A stretch of 46,075 nt of DNA, from NCBI RefSeq assembly GCF_001194135.2, contig NC_069002.1:19923587-19969661 (forward strand). Direction: 5' to 3'. A program made the position numbers and the translations under genes. Positions within the stretch are counted from its first letter, which is position 1. Each line of letters opens with the position of its first letter. This document shows, one piece after another, positions 13,213 to 25,216 of the stretch. The DNA is from Octopus bimaculoides. Lineage: Eukaryota. The notes beneath the pieces were generated by a model. The model ran no database searches and was not told the DNA's origin. It saw only the letters and a program-made list of their open reading frames with translations.

Positions 13213-13259
13213 CGTCCATTTAGTCATCCTTGAAATGATCTGATTGAATGGAGCAGTAT

Positions 13260-14411
13260 ACCACAATGTGTTCCTATTAAGATGGAAAGCCCTATATTTT
13301 TGCAGAACTTGAATAAGTTTTTTTCCTATATTTTCTATCTCTTTGCTGGAAGCAGGGTGAATTGTGCACCATCCCTGTATTGACCTCCCACTAATTTTGG
13401 AAATAATTTGTTTAGATGGAATAAGATTTAAATTCATGCTATATCAGTTACATACGCGTAGTCAGTTGGTCTCATTGTTATGTAAAACATATTCGGTCTA
13501 TCGTTTTTTACCCAGTATTTTCCTTCGAATTTAACAACTGGTGTTCTAGCATCTAATGCTACATCAACTTCTTCCTTAGTAAGCTAAGAATTTTTTCATT
13601 GTGAATGTATTTTGTTGAGTAGCATCGGGTTAATAGTGGCGTAGCTGATCGATATATCTATCCATAAGAATTTCGTTTGTTTCTTTGTTGAGTTGTTAAA
13701 CCAGTCAATTACCTCATATGATCTTGACCAAAGGTTTCGTTTCATAATATTTCTAAGTGTAGGTATATATTTATCAATAATGTGTTTGCTTATCAGACTT
13801 CGAGGGGCTGAGACGTCTTACAGAAGGGTTAGTGTAAGTTCGGTTTGTGGTCTTTGAGATTAATTCTAGTGGTTTTAGGCTCGTATGGTTCTGTTTTTTT
13901 CCTCCAACCCATATTTTTGCATACTTGTCTTAGCCTGTAAATTAAGTTGAACCAAGTTGTTGGGATGAAAAACTTTATAGCATTTCAGTATTTCCTTTTT
14001 GAAAATTATAAGGTATAAAGTTTATTTCAATTGGTAGAGGTTACCGGTCCTATCCGCGTGTGCAAGGAGTCCTTTCTACTTTAGTCCCTTGGTTAGTGTA
14101 TGCAGTTTCTGGAGGTGCTTATTTCCTCTTAAGTGGAACTTGCTGAATTTAATGTTTTTGACGATACTCCAAGGTTCATCTTCGAATCCAGCCAGTTTTG
14201 GTGGTGTGTACTTCCTAGTTTTCAAAATAATGTGTACTGGATCATCTTTCGTGGTCCTACTAGAAACCTCTTCTTTTCTATCTTGGAGGTATGATCGCCT
14301 ACTCATTCGGTGTATGAATGAATTAGTTTTATCGATGAGATCTTTTATGTATTCCTTCTTTGATGGTAATGGAATGTCCTTAAGGGATGTGTCAATGTCG
14401 ATTTTCTCCAC
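13260..14411 (-). pseudogene. PLE reverse transcriptase, N-terminal region to RT motif 5, decayed
   Basis: SLKDIPLPSKKEYIKDLIDKTNSFIHRM; HADRTGNLY; LKDHKPN; TNPSVRRLSPSKSD; NLWSRSYEVIDWF; KYWVK..FYITM; GGQYRDG (YRDDG missing one D); EIENIGKKL. Confidence 0.85.
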
Positions 14412-14570
14412 ACTTTTGAACTCCACCGTTTTTAGACCAAGCCCTAACTTGGACAGCGACTGAGGTGAAGTTGAGGTCAGCAGCACGGACTTATATATAG
14501 CAACACCCCCATCTCCAACACTAACAAAATTTGCTTGAATCAGTTCACTTCTAGGATGACTAAATGAACA

Positions 14571-14654
14571 GTCCCCGATGAAACTGCGCCGACAATATTG
14601 CAAGGTTGCATTTGCAACAATGAGTGGTCGCTGCAGCCGATACACGCGTAGGTC
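14571..14654 (+). ncRNA. Type I hammerhead motif with long stem II (family 2), core U4C and A14U
   Basis: GUCC-CCGAUGA-A-ACUGC..GCAGC-C-GAU-AC-ACGC-GU-A-GGUC. This is the inverted copy of 13129-13212. Confidence 0.55.
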
Positions 14655-14715
14655 ATTATTATATGATGTATATAAATATAAAATAAATTTTGCGGACATA
14701 CACGTCTCCACACTC

Positions 14716-14717
<2 letters not shown>

Positions 14718-14792
<75 letters not shown>

Positions 14793-14796
14793 TATT
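14718..14796 (+). repeat. (ATT)n microsatellite
   Basis: Direct reading. It creates the spurious poly-I and poly-L ORFs. Confidence 0.99.
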
Positions 14797-15588
14797 AATA
14801 TATATTTCAGACACAGGGAAGAGTACACGGAATTACTTACTCATAGGAAGAATTCAGGGCGGGACTAACAAAATTTGTAATCCCGACCTGATCGTTGTGG
14901 TTCGCCGTTAACTGGAACTTAACTGATTGATACTACAGCATCCGCCCGGACATAACTCACTAGATTCACTTGTCTGTAAGTGCATGTGTGTGTGTGCGTG
15001 CGTGTGCGTGTTTGTATATGTGTGTGTAATATGTGTATGTACGTATGTATATTAGTAATTATTGCAATATATGTTTTTTTTTCATGTGCTGCTATTATTG
15101 ATGAGAGCGTCTTCGTATTTTTAACATGTCTGTTGCATTATCACAATTTTAAGTAATGCCTACATGATATAACAAACTAAAAATAGAACGATAGGATGAG
15201 AGAAAAAATAGATAGGGTGAGTAAAATGTACATATAAAAGGTGGTAGGTTGAAAAACACCTGAAAAATAAAAAGAAGACATAAAAAAAAGCAAAGGGAAA
15301 ACAATCCTAGATTGTACCGTATTCACTTTTACCGGTTAATAATGCTGGCTAACCTCCGTGAGTGTAGAAAAACTCCAGTTAGTTTATTTTACTATTCTCC
15401 GTAGATCTTCACATCGGTAAATTCATGTTTTTATAGAGGCTGCATGTTGTCGGAAGAAAAGAAATAAATTAATAAGGAGAACAGAGATTTATATATCTCC
15501 CTTTTTTTTCTTGCTGCCAATCACGTCTATAGGAGCAGAAATGGAAAGACGTGACTGACAGGATAAAACTGGATATACAAATATATAT

Positions 15589-15655
<67 letters not shown>

Positions 15656-15869
15656 NNNNNNNNNNNNNNNNNNNNNNNNNNNNNNNNNNNNNNNNNNNNN
15701 NNNNNNNNNNNNNNNNNNNNNNNNNNNNNNNNNNNNNNNNNNNNNNNNNNNNNNNNNNNNNNNNNNNNNNNNNNNNNNNNNNNNNNNNNNNNNNNNNNNN
15801 NNNNNNNNNNNNNNNNNNNNNNNNNNNNNNNNNNNNNNNNNNNNNNNNNNNNNNNNNNNNNNNNNNNNN
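15656..15869. other. Assembly gap (others at 17567-17938, 25217-25866, 27310-27402, 30447-30456, 39517-39593, 41229-41306)
   Basis: N runs, all but one flanked by (TA)n, (GA)n or (CA)n. Confidence 0.99.
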
Positions 15870-15924
<55 letters not shown>

Positions 15925-17938
15925 ATATGCGGACACGCACTTTACACAAGTATTGATAAATTGATATATCTGCTTAATATTCCATCCTCAATGAAAACTA
16001 CCGGATACTTAGAATGAAGTATCTATGTAAGAATGTTAACGGAATAATCAATGTAGACACGGCTGAAACTGAATTCAATGGCACTCACAGTTTTGTGCTT
16101 AGCCTCAGTCGCTAAATCGTCGTCTTTTACACCATCAAAACATATAAGATCACATTTTAGTATTAATAATGTATTCCATTGCTGACACCAAATTAGTTAA
16201 TTCAAATCCCCGTAATCATAAGGTTAGTTTGTTTACTGTATGATCATAGGCTGGAGCTTCCATTCTTCGAACAACTACAACATGATATCCTTGAACAAGA
16301 CACTAATGTCTTCTAATTTATTATGAGTAGCCACCCCTCCGGCACTTGCCACCCCTCCCGCAAATCTCACACATTGGATGATTCACTTAGTGAAGTTTGA
16401 GTTACACAAGTTTTCTATATCAGCTCATGACTGTCTATTCGTACCACATACACGTTAGAAGCCACCCACTCTCGTCAGTATGGCTTCCTGCCCTGAAGAC
16501 TGTATATTCTAAAGGAATTTTATTGTTTTCAGATGTGAGTTTTCAATTTTTGAGAACCTTTAACAGGAGACGTGCATCAAATACCTGAATCCATCACATA
16601 TCAATAACTACGTATTTAACGCTTCACATTATACGACAACCATTATCAATTTTGTGGATGTATCAACCAATTTGTGAGTTTAAATCATTGAGAAGTGATT
16701 GGAATGAATCTATTTCTTTATTCTTATACTAAAATGTTCATCGATACTTGACAGCACCTGGTATCGATTTTGTCATGTATACAGCTCATATGCGCACATG
16801 CACACTGTTACTCTCCATCTGTCTCCCATTCTCGCTGTCACCATATCTATGACTAACGGATAACGATGGATTTATGAGAAGAAAGACCTGTTATATCGTT
16901 TCCAAATTCTACTGTTAGATATTTTCATGACCCTTTACGAATGATAATCAAGCTTCACTTCGACACAGTGCGAAATCGGATCTTAATAAGAAAGCGCAAT
17001 GAATGTTCTACTGATCTGCTAAAATTAATCACATTATTCAACAAGCTTTTGCCAAACGAAGAAATCAATAGTTTCAAATCATAGATTGATAGGTACTCGA
17101 TAATAAATAACGTTTGGAAATCTGCAAACAAGGTGACGGAAGGTCTATATTGTAGAAAATTTAATTAATATTAATTATGAATATGTGAAATTTAATTAAC
17201 AGAAACATCACAACATTTCATTTAAGTGGCTTTTATTCCCTAAGAAACAAAATTTGTGCAAATATTCTCAAAGAGATCAAACTGTGGTAATTAACTAATT
17301 GATCGATCTGTAAATCGGATTTGAGATCAATACAGCACAACTGATTGGTTGTGTGTACGGTCCTTCTTAATCTGTGAGAATTTGTTCATCTGATCGATGC
17401 TTAGAAGAACATGAATAAAGTTTCCACGAAAATTCTAAAAAATATTGGAATCAGCTTTCCATTTATGAAATTTCGAATTTCAGCAACGATTCACTACATT
17501 ATTGTAAAATTGTATTTTATGAGAGCTACAAACTCAATTATATACATACGAATATATATATATATANNNNNNNNNNNNNNNNNNNNNNNNNNNNNNNNNN
17601 NNNNNNNNNNNNNNNNNNNNNNNNNNNNNNNNNNNNNNNNNNNNNNNNNNNNNNNNNNNNNNNNNNNNNNNNNNNNNNNNNNNNNNNNNNNNNNNNNNNN
17701 NNNNNNNNNNNNNNNNNNNNNNNNNNNNNNNNNNNNNNNNNNNNNNNNNNNNNNNNNNNNNNNNNNNNNNNNNNNNNNNNNNNNNNNNNNNNNNNNNNNN
17801 NNNNNNNNNNNNNNNNNNNNNNNNNNNNNNNNNNNNNNNNNNNNNNNNNNNNNNNNNNNNNNNNNNNNNNNNNNNNNNNNNNNNNNNNNNNNNNNNNNNN
17901 NNNNNNNNNNNNNNNNNNNNNNNNNNNNNNNNNNNNNN

Positions 17939-17969
<31 letters not shown>

Positions 17970-18119
17970 TAGTGGTATTGCAAAGCACCAATGTTTACTG
18001 GAAATTGTAGTCGATACATTTACGACGCTGTAGTAAAGTTGTAATGTGTATATACTGACAATACTTTATTTTGCGTTGTGTATATATATATATATAAATA
18101 AGGAGAATTCACAAAAACA

Positions 18120-18285
18120 AAAAAAGACGAAGACAGCTGGTGTAGACAACAAACGGATGTATTAGTATAACGCTCGGGAAATGAAAAAGTCTTTAACGCT
18201 TCGAGCCTACGCTCTTCCACAGAAAGGAATACAGAAAGAAACAAGGAGAGAAAAACAAGAACGTGTAGTGGCTAGCGATCTATCA
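18120..18285 (-). mobile_element. Short PLE pseudo-LTR-like remnant between (TA)n and (CA)n
   Basis: Contains the family 3 hammerhead-like motif and is bounded by microsatellites. Family assignment is inference. Confidence 0.5.
18191..18226 (-). ncRNA. Minimal type I hammerhead-like motif (family 3), variant core CUGUGGA
   Basis: CUUU-CUGUGGA-A-GAGC-guag-GCUC-GAA-GCGU-U-AAAG. Perfect 4-bp stem I and 4-bp stem II; A6U and A15.1G relative to the canonical core. Confidence 0.6.
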
Positions 18286-18870
18286 CACACACACTCACAC
18301 ACACATGCACACACACACACACACACACACACATACATATATGCCATAAATTTGTTCTAATAGGGGAAAGTTATGCACCATTTTAAACTTGTTCCCTAAA
18401 CACACACACTTATTCGTATAAAATACAATTAAGATTCAGTTGAATTAAGGTCCATGCGATTTAGGTCTCGCAAGCTTCTTGCAGAAAACTGATTCGTTCA
18501 TGCTCAGAATCGGCATTGGCATGGTGTTGCACGGACCTGAATCAATCTCGTTCAAATTAAGGCACCTTATTACGCCAAAATAATTTGCACACTCAAACAA
18601 TGTAAGGTGAATACCAAACTTATATATCTTTATATGCAGACACATGTACTTAGACACATATGTGTGTGTGTGTGTGTGTATGTGTACATTATCAATCTAT
18701 CTATATCTCTGTATACCTCTTTATATTCGTGAGTAGATATGGAGGGCGAATCCGTAACTCAAACTAAACAATGCAAAGACCAATTCAAATATGTTTGGTG
18801 AATAGCGCAGCTTGTAATGAATATATATATTTATTCTCATCTCGCATGGAGCCGAATGAAATAGATTTAA

Positions 18871-18945
18871 ATAGTAGTAGCAGTAATAATAATAATAATG
18901 ATGAAGATGAAGATGATGATGATCATGATGATGATGATGATGATG
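18871..18945 (+). repeat. Compound (AGT)/(AAT)/(GAT) microsatellite
   Basis: Direct reading. Confidence 0.95.
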
Positions 18946-19458
18946 TTAAAATGACCAGAAAGTATCATGGATGTGGCTTAAAAAGAATGACCTAAAAAAG
19001 AATACTGAGAACATCATTATTGCTGCCCAGGTCTGGGCATTGAATACTAACTCAGTGGAAAAGAATATATACCCCTCGAATGCAATGGACATCACCAGAA
19101 TGTGTTGGAACAGGGTCGAAAGCGTGATTCATATTGTTAGTGCTTGTGAATGTCTTGCGCAGAAAGTGTACAAGCGAAGACACGACAAGATAGCCCAAAA
19201 CCTCGACTAGCTACTATGCCGTAAGTGTGGACATAAGGTTATGGGTGCTTGGTACCAACATACACCGGAAAAGGTAAAGGACGAGAAGAGGAAGGAAAAA
19301 ACCCACTGGGACTTTGACTTCAAGACAGAAAAATTGTTAGAGTACCGAAGGCCGGATATAATAACCTTTACGAGGGACAAACAGGAATGCCTAATAATCG
19401 ACGTAGCAGAGCCAGGAGATCAACATATATACTCATGAAAGAAAGAGAAAAGGTTGAT
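18946..19458 (+). mobile_element. R4/Dong fragment (zinc knuckle to RLE)
   Basis: SWMWLKKNDLKKNTENIIIAAQ..ESVIHIVSACECLAQKVYKRRHD; WYQHTPEKV..HWDFDFKTEK..RRPDII..CLIIDVAEPGD..KEREKVD. Confidence 0.9.
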
Positions 19459-20559
19459 GGAGCTCAAGGCTACTGGATCAAAAGATTTGGTGAATGTCAT
19501 ACACGAATAGCTGCGCAAATCAACACGTTGTTAAATGCCGACGAAGCAACAAACGAGTGGTTGACATTGAGTAGAACAGTGCTGTGTCTGAGAAACATCG
19601 AAAAAAGCAATACGGTAGACAATTACAGGCCGATATCCTGTTTGCCACATATCTGGAAGTTATTGACTGGAATACTCGCAGAGTCAATGCACGAACATCT
19701 AGAAAAAAATGAAGTCCTGCCACATGAGCAGAAAGGCTGCAAGCGTAAGTGCAGAGGTACCAAGGCTTGTGTAGGATGAAATATTGCAAAGATAAAGCAC
19801 TATACAAGAAATTGAAAACGAATGAAACTGAAAATAGGTGGGTAAAGAAAAGAATGCATAGGGATATGGAAGATAAGACAGACAGAGAAAAAAAATTACT
19901 GTAGATGACTAAAAGTGATTTAAAACCGGAAACGGAGACTCTAATCTGTGTTTCCCAAGAGCAAGCACTAAGAACAAACTACATAAAATGCAGAATAGAC
20001 AACACATCAGAAAGTGATAAGTGCAGAATCTGTGGACAAAACGGTGAAACCGCATGGCATATTACCAGCCAATGTACGCCACTAGCGCAGAAGGAATATA
20101 AGAGACGGCACGGCAATATAGTCAGGCTTGTCCATTGGACACTTTGCAACAAGTATGGACTTGACAGAGCAAAAAATTGGTACGACCACAAACCTGAAGG
20201 CATTGGCGAAAATAGAAGTGCAAAGATCCTATGAGATTTTATGATTCAGTGCGACCATGAGATTGAGAATAGGAAGTCAGACATAGTCTTAATTGAGAAA
20301 GAAAACAAACTATGCTGGATCATAGATGTAGCATGCCTAGCTGACAGCAATGAGCCCTGGGAACAGTGAACAAAATCTCGATAAGTACGTGGAACAAGTA
20401 GGGGCTGCAATAAGGGTGGAGCACTTGCAGAAAACAACACTGCTTGGAACCGCTCGAATACTGCGGAAGGTGCTCGAAAAAAAGAGGTATTAGTTTTGTT
20501 CACTGGTAGTGAACAACTGACATTGTAGTGCATCTCCAGCGTTAGAAGTTGTGCAAAAG
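19456..20559 (+). mobile_element. R4/Dong copy with internal deletion (RT N-terminal part joined to zinc knuckle/RLE/3' UTR)
   Basis: 19456-19764: DGAQGYWIKRF..NYRPISCLPHIWKLLTGI..LPHEQKGCKRKCRGTK. Then directly LKPETETLICVSQEQALRTNYIKCRID..CRICGQNGETAWHITSQC (intact CCHC)..LLGTARILRKVLE, followed by 3' UTR. Confidence 0.9.
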
Positions 20560-20660
20560 CAACAACAACAACAACAACAATAACAACAACACCACCACCA
20601 CCACCACCACCAACAACAACAGCAACAACAACAACAACAACAACAATAATAATAATAATG
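20560..20660 (+). repeat. Compound (CAA)/(CAC)/(AAT) microsatellite
   Basis: Direct reading. Confidence 0.97.
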
Positions 20661-21298
20661 ATAGAGCAAGTGTCTCTGCTGTGCCGCATCTGGAATAGAG
20701 TAAATGAAACCATTGCCCATATCACGAATGAATGACCTAGACTTGCCCCAAACCACTACCAGTTGTTGTGACACGATACGGTAGAGAAAGTGTTACATTA
20801 GAAACTGCGAAAAGTGGGGCCTAAAGTGAGGCAAGGCGTGGTATGAGCACAAACCGTACAGAGTGACGGAGTCGGAGACTAGCAAAATCATCTAGAATTT
20901 CTCAATCTAAAGAGATCAGGTGCTTCTCAGCCATTACTGGTGGTGGACAAGTTGCGCTACATATGCTATATAGTTGATGTTGCATGCTCCTTTGACTTGA
21001 AAACATAAATAAGATACAAACTCTTAAGTACGAAATAGTGAAAGTATGGAAAATTAAGAAAGTGAAGATTATGTATTTGGGAACAGAATCAGAAGACATC
21101 AAGGGGAATATATAGGAAATTGGAATAGGGTGCCCAGTAGAACTGTTACAAAAGATTCGCTTACTTCACACGTCCAGAATAATCAGGAAAGTATTAGATA
21201 GCTGAAAGGAGCGAATAGGATCGAACTATAGGCTGCAGGTGGTAAACGCTCTACGCATGCAAGACTCTAGGAGATCCAACAAAACCTGTGATAACGAG
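20661..21298 (+). mobile_element. R4/Dong 3' fragment (zinc knuckle, RLE, 3' UTR) ending in an AAT tail
   Basis: LCRIWNRVNETIAHITNE; WYEHKP; YIVDVACSFD; SRIIRKVLDS, stop near 21203-21205; tail gataatgataataat at 21298-21313. Confidence 0.8.
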
Positions 21299-21319
21299 AT
21301 AATGATAATAATAAAAGTA

Positions 21320-22038
21320 ATTAAGCTAAACAGAAAAGACGTAGACAAAGCAAAATCCCAATAATGACTGAAGTTCCCCACAATTCCATAAACCATGGGG
21401 CCCATCGCAGGCGTAAAATGGCCTTCAAACCGAAGAAGTGCAAGATATGTTGGTATAACCTTACCATCACTACAACCAGTGCAATTTCTATTCCTATGTT
21501 CGTTATATTCTATTAGAAAGAAATCCAGACCCTCATCATAGATATCATGAAGTTTTTGATAGATGGCAATTGAAGCTAAGACAAGCCTTCCACTGCACAT
21601 TCGGGAGTAGTTTCCGCTGTTGCTGAGTACGATTGTACCAGAAAACACCAAACTAGACAGATAATAACCTCGAACGTCTCACCATACTCCAACCAGAAAT
21701 TATACATAACGGGCCTCTGCTGTATTATATAATCAAAGGCCATGCACCAGGACACAGGTGCAACGACAAAACTTGGGTAAAATTATCCCGGGAATGGAAA
21801 CTCCCACTCTCCATCTACCACTTCCTTTCTTGGAAATATTCCACGCCTTCTGCCCATGTCCACTCCTCCTCGTGTAGGCGATGTAACCTGCTTCCACCAT
21901 ATATAAAGTGTGAATTCCATCAATTTTTTCATATTTTGGTATGTCTTCACTCAGGAAGATTTTGTGTAAGAGATGAAATTCTCTTTCCGTGTGTTGTGCG
22001 TTATCTGAAACGTCCGTATCCGTATTAAATGCATTCAA
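21320..22038 (-). pseudogene. Unidentified decayed reading frame (~240 codons, three clustered stops)
   Basis: ORFs 21733-22038 and 21226-21651 are in the same frame, and the 81-nt spacer holds the only stops. Sequence is non-repetitive and visibly more G+C-balanced than the flanks. No family recognised. Confidence 0.35.
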
Positions 22039-22069
22039 AATATCGTTAGTTGGTTCGACTCTGCGATAT

Positions 22070-22322
22070 ATACATTTGTGTGTGTGTGTGTGTGTGCGTG
22101 TGTTGTGTGTGCCTAAATTTGTGCAACCGCACGTGTCTAATTAGATAAATAGATAGATTGACAGACTGAGAGATAGATAGGTAGAAAGACAGACAGACAG
22201 ACAGACATACAGTCAGACAGACAGGGAGACAGACAGGCAGACAGACAGACAGACAGACAGACAGACGGATAGATAGATAGACAGAGTGACGGGCAGATAG
22301 ATAGATAGTCAGACAGACTGAC

Positions 22323-22375
<53 letters not shown>

Positions 22376-22530
22376 GTGACAGGCATACAGACAGGCAGAC
22401 AGACAGACAGACAGACAGGCAGGCAGACAAACAGACAGATAGATAGATAGACAGACAGACAGATAGATAGATAGATTGATTGATGGATGAATGGATGGAT
22501 GGATGGATAGATGGATGGATGAATAGTTAG
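22070..22530 (+). repeat. Compound (TG)/(GACA)/(GATA)/(GGAT) microsatellite
   Basis: Direct reading. Confidence 0.98.
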
Positions 22531-23223
22531 ATAAATTGAGATCAAAATATATTCTCATACATAATAGTAATTTCTCGAATCGGGAAACACGGTTCCGCCT
22601 TTTATTGCTGAACAAACTGCGCAGCTGATTCGTTTGTAGTGTTCAAATATTTGTGATGCACATAAGCCTCTTCCTTCCTTCAAACCAACATTACCTATAC
22701 AGGTGCACTGTGTGCAACACGACGCTCTCGTGTGTTTGTGTGTGCGTGTGCGCGTGTGCCTGTGAATTTATGCGTGCGCGTGCGTGTATATATATATCTA
22801 TGTCTATATATAAAAGAAGGGGGAAAAAATTCGTAGATAAATCTCATGTGTACGTGACAGATGACTACGTTGTTATTAGATACATGTGCAGCTCCTCTAA
22901 TATGTGTTATTATTTATGTGAAATATGCCCTGGCCCGAAACATTTATATTAGTATATTTATCGACGTATACACTCTATCTGATTCAATTAATTTTCTTCC
23001 GCTACATTAAAATGCAACTTCATGTAATTTAAAACACACACTTCAGTCAGAAATATATTGTAACGGAATAATGAACACTTTTATCTTGTTATAGATGTAT
23101 GAGAAAACATTACGTAACTAAATAGTTTTGGACTTTTAACTGCCATATTTAATCACAGGATGGTCTTCAACGTTGATAGTCACGCAACGTTCCTTGCTAA
23201 AATATGAGCGATCATTACCGGTT

Positions 23224-23377
23224 AACCACCACCACCCGCACCACCACAACCACTACCATCATCATCGTCGTCGTCGTTGTTGTTACTTTTATTATTACCA
23301 CACATTAAGTATCATCATTATTATTATTATTTTTATTATTATTATTATTATTATTGTTATTATTATTATTATATATT
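23224..23377 (+). repeat. Compound (CAC)/(CAT)/(CGT)/(ATT) microsatellite
   Basis: Direct reading. Confidence 0.95.
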
Positions 23378-25157
23378 AATTTCGATAATATGCATTTCTC
23401 TGTTAATTATGTTTTGCGAGTACAGCGAGATTTAGGTAGACAGTTCAGTGTACAACCTGAAAACTAAAAAGAAACAAAACACAGAGATAGAGCTACATAA
23501 TTAGACACAAGTACGAAGATAAAGAGAGAGCGAGAGAGAGTGAGATAGAGAGAACGATGGCGACAAATAGACAGACAGAGAGACAGAGAGGGGAAATGAA
23601 AAGTAATAACGCTTCCATAAAATATGATCCAACTTAATATTGTAAAGTTCTTTCCTGTTTGAAATGATTTATTTGAAGTACAGTCTTCAACGTCTTTCCC
23701 TGTGTTGCCATTGATCAGACTCTAATTTAATACACAATCGCAACTGAGAAAGTATCTATTAAAAGAATAATTACCACTCTTATCTCGTTTGCCAGATGGA
23801 GGACAATAGCGTTATATACTGAAATGGTTTTGGAATTTTACTTCGAATTTCCGTTAGTTATTGTCTTCACTATTAGCAATCATACAGTTTATGCAGTGTA
23901 TATCTACTGGTTAGATGGAAGTTTTATTTTAAAATAGAGATTTAAAGTTTTGATTCTGGCGGAAATGATGACATTTCCAGCACCAGAAACCAAAATTTTG
24001 ATGTTGCACAAAGATGTGAGTGTAACGCAGGTAAAGGACAAGCCCCACACATTCACTGATAAAATGGCTGTGTGACAAATAATTGTGTTATTTGTTGTGC
24101 TACTCGTGTGTGTGTGTGTGTGTGCGCTTCCGTGCATGTGCGTGTGTGTGTGTATTTGAGACTGAATTTTATCGTTATGTGTATGTTTCATTGATCTACA
24201 GTAAGTAAATCATATCTCTTCTTGCTTTTATTCCATCGATTTTCTCGTGTTCGCGCCTTTGATATTGGTTCACCTCAACTATGGCCAGAATTCTTGGTTA
24301 TTAATCAGAACTTTTCCATTCTCGTTCTTCATTAGAATTCTTTTTTTTTGTTTGTTCTGCTGTAATTTCAGTGTTTGTCTCTTATTTGTATTTTATATTT
24401 TCAAAGCACATTTTTAACCTATAAACTACTTTATACAAAGTACACAACATGTAATTAGCACTTCATATTTTCCTTTTATAGGTAAAAGTTTTTCTCGTGT
24501 TACCTTAAATTAATCAGTCACTATTTACTTGTTATTAAATACATTTCTAGTAGCATTGCTCTCTAATTATTCTCTTTGTGTATGACCTCCTGCCTTGTAA
24601 CATGAGTGCGAAGCATCTGTGTTCTATATATGTATTGTTTTTTTTTTCTCCCTGGTTTACTGCTCTGGAATTTCGGTTGACTTATTTACAATTTATATTA
24701 TTGCTGTTACAACTATTGATCTTTAGAGCAAGTAATTCTTTTGTTATATAGTTGTTATTGACATCCATATATCGAATAACGCTACAGTTTTAATGTTTCT
24801 GTTCAGGTTTTATGACAAAGGCTAGCATCCAAAATGCTGCAAAGTATCGATGCGACAACCATCAGCATTTTTCGATGAAGGATAAGTATTCGTAAGAACC
24901 TTATGGCTTTGGTATCTTACCCTTAAAGCAAATGTTATCAACGTAGGCGGTGGAAAGATCCACAGAAAGTGTTGAGAAAAAGTGAGACGATAAAGGAGTG
25001 GCCAAAAAGGAGTGATGGATGGCAATGTCCCCATCCAATTTTCAAAGTTACACACAAGTTTAGAAACTAGTGTTTTACAATCGGTTAAGAAAACTGACTT
25101 CAAACATGAGCAGAACAAAAGTTGACGAACAAAACTGGTCATAGAGTTCTCTCTCTC

Positions 25158-25216
<59 letters not shown>

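Larger units (their letters stand above)
13115..14672 (-). mobile_element. Penelope-like element (PLE) remnant bracketed by inverted ~140-bp pseudo-LTR copies
   Basis: The RT remnant on the minus strand is flanked by 13115-13250 and 14535-14672, which align as inverted repeats (roughly three-quarters identical by eye, e.g. cctacgcgtgt..gttg(t/c)aaatgcaaccttgca..ttgtcgg.gcag..catttagtcatcct.gaa.tga.ctgatt). Confidence 0.85.

Noticed and set aside
14690-14911. Poly-I/L/C/V ORFs here and HT, YI, SL, RE dipeptide ORFs elsewhere, including those spanning N gaps
   Set aside because: These are translations of microsatellites or Ns. Only the 14076-14411 part of the 250-aa ORF is real (PLE).
21361-22010. 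GPCR-like look of the + strand frame (SAISIPMFVIFY; SVNSINFFIFWYVF)
   Set aside because: At least eight stops, no DRY or TM1-3 region. It is the in-register antisense shadow of the hydrophilic minus-strand frame. Kept only as a control in the search proposed above.
24822-25142. 106-aa minus-strand ORF
   Set aside because: No motif recognised and no splice context on that strand.
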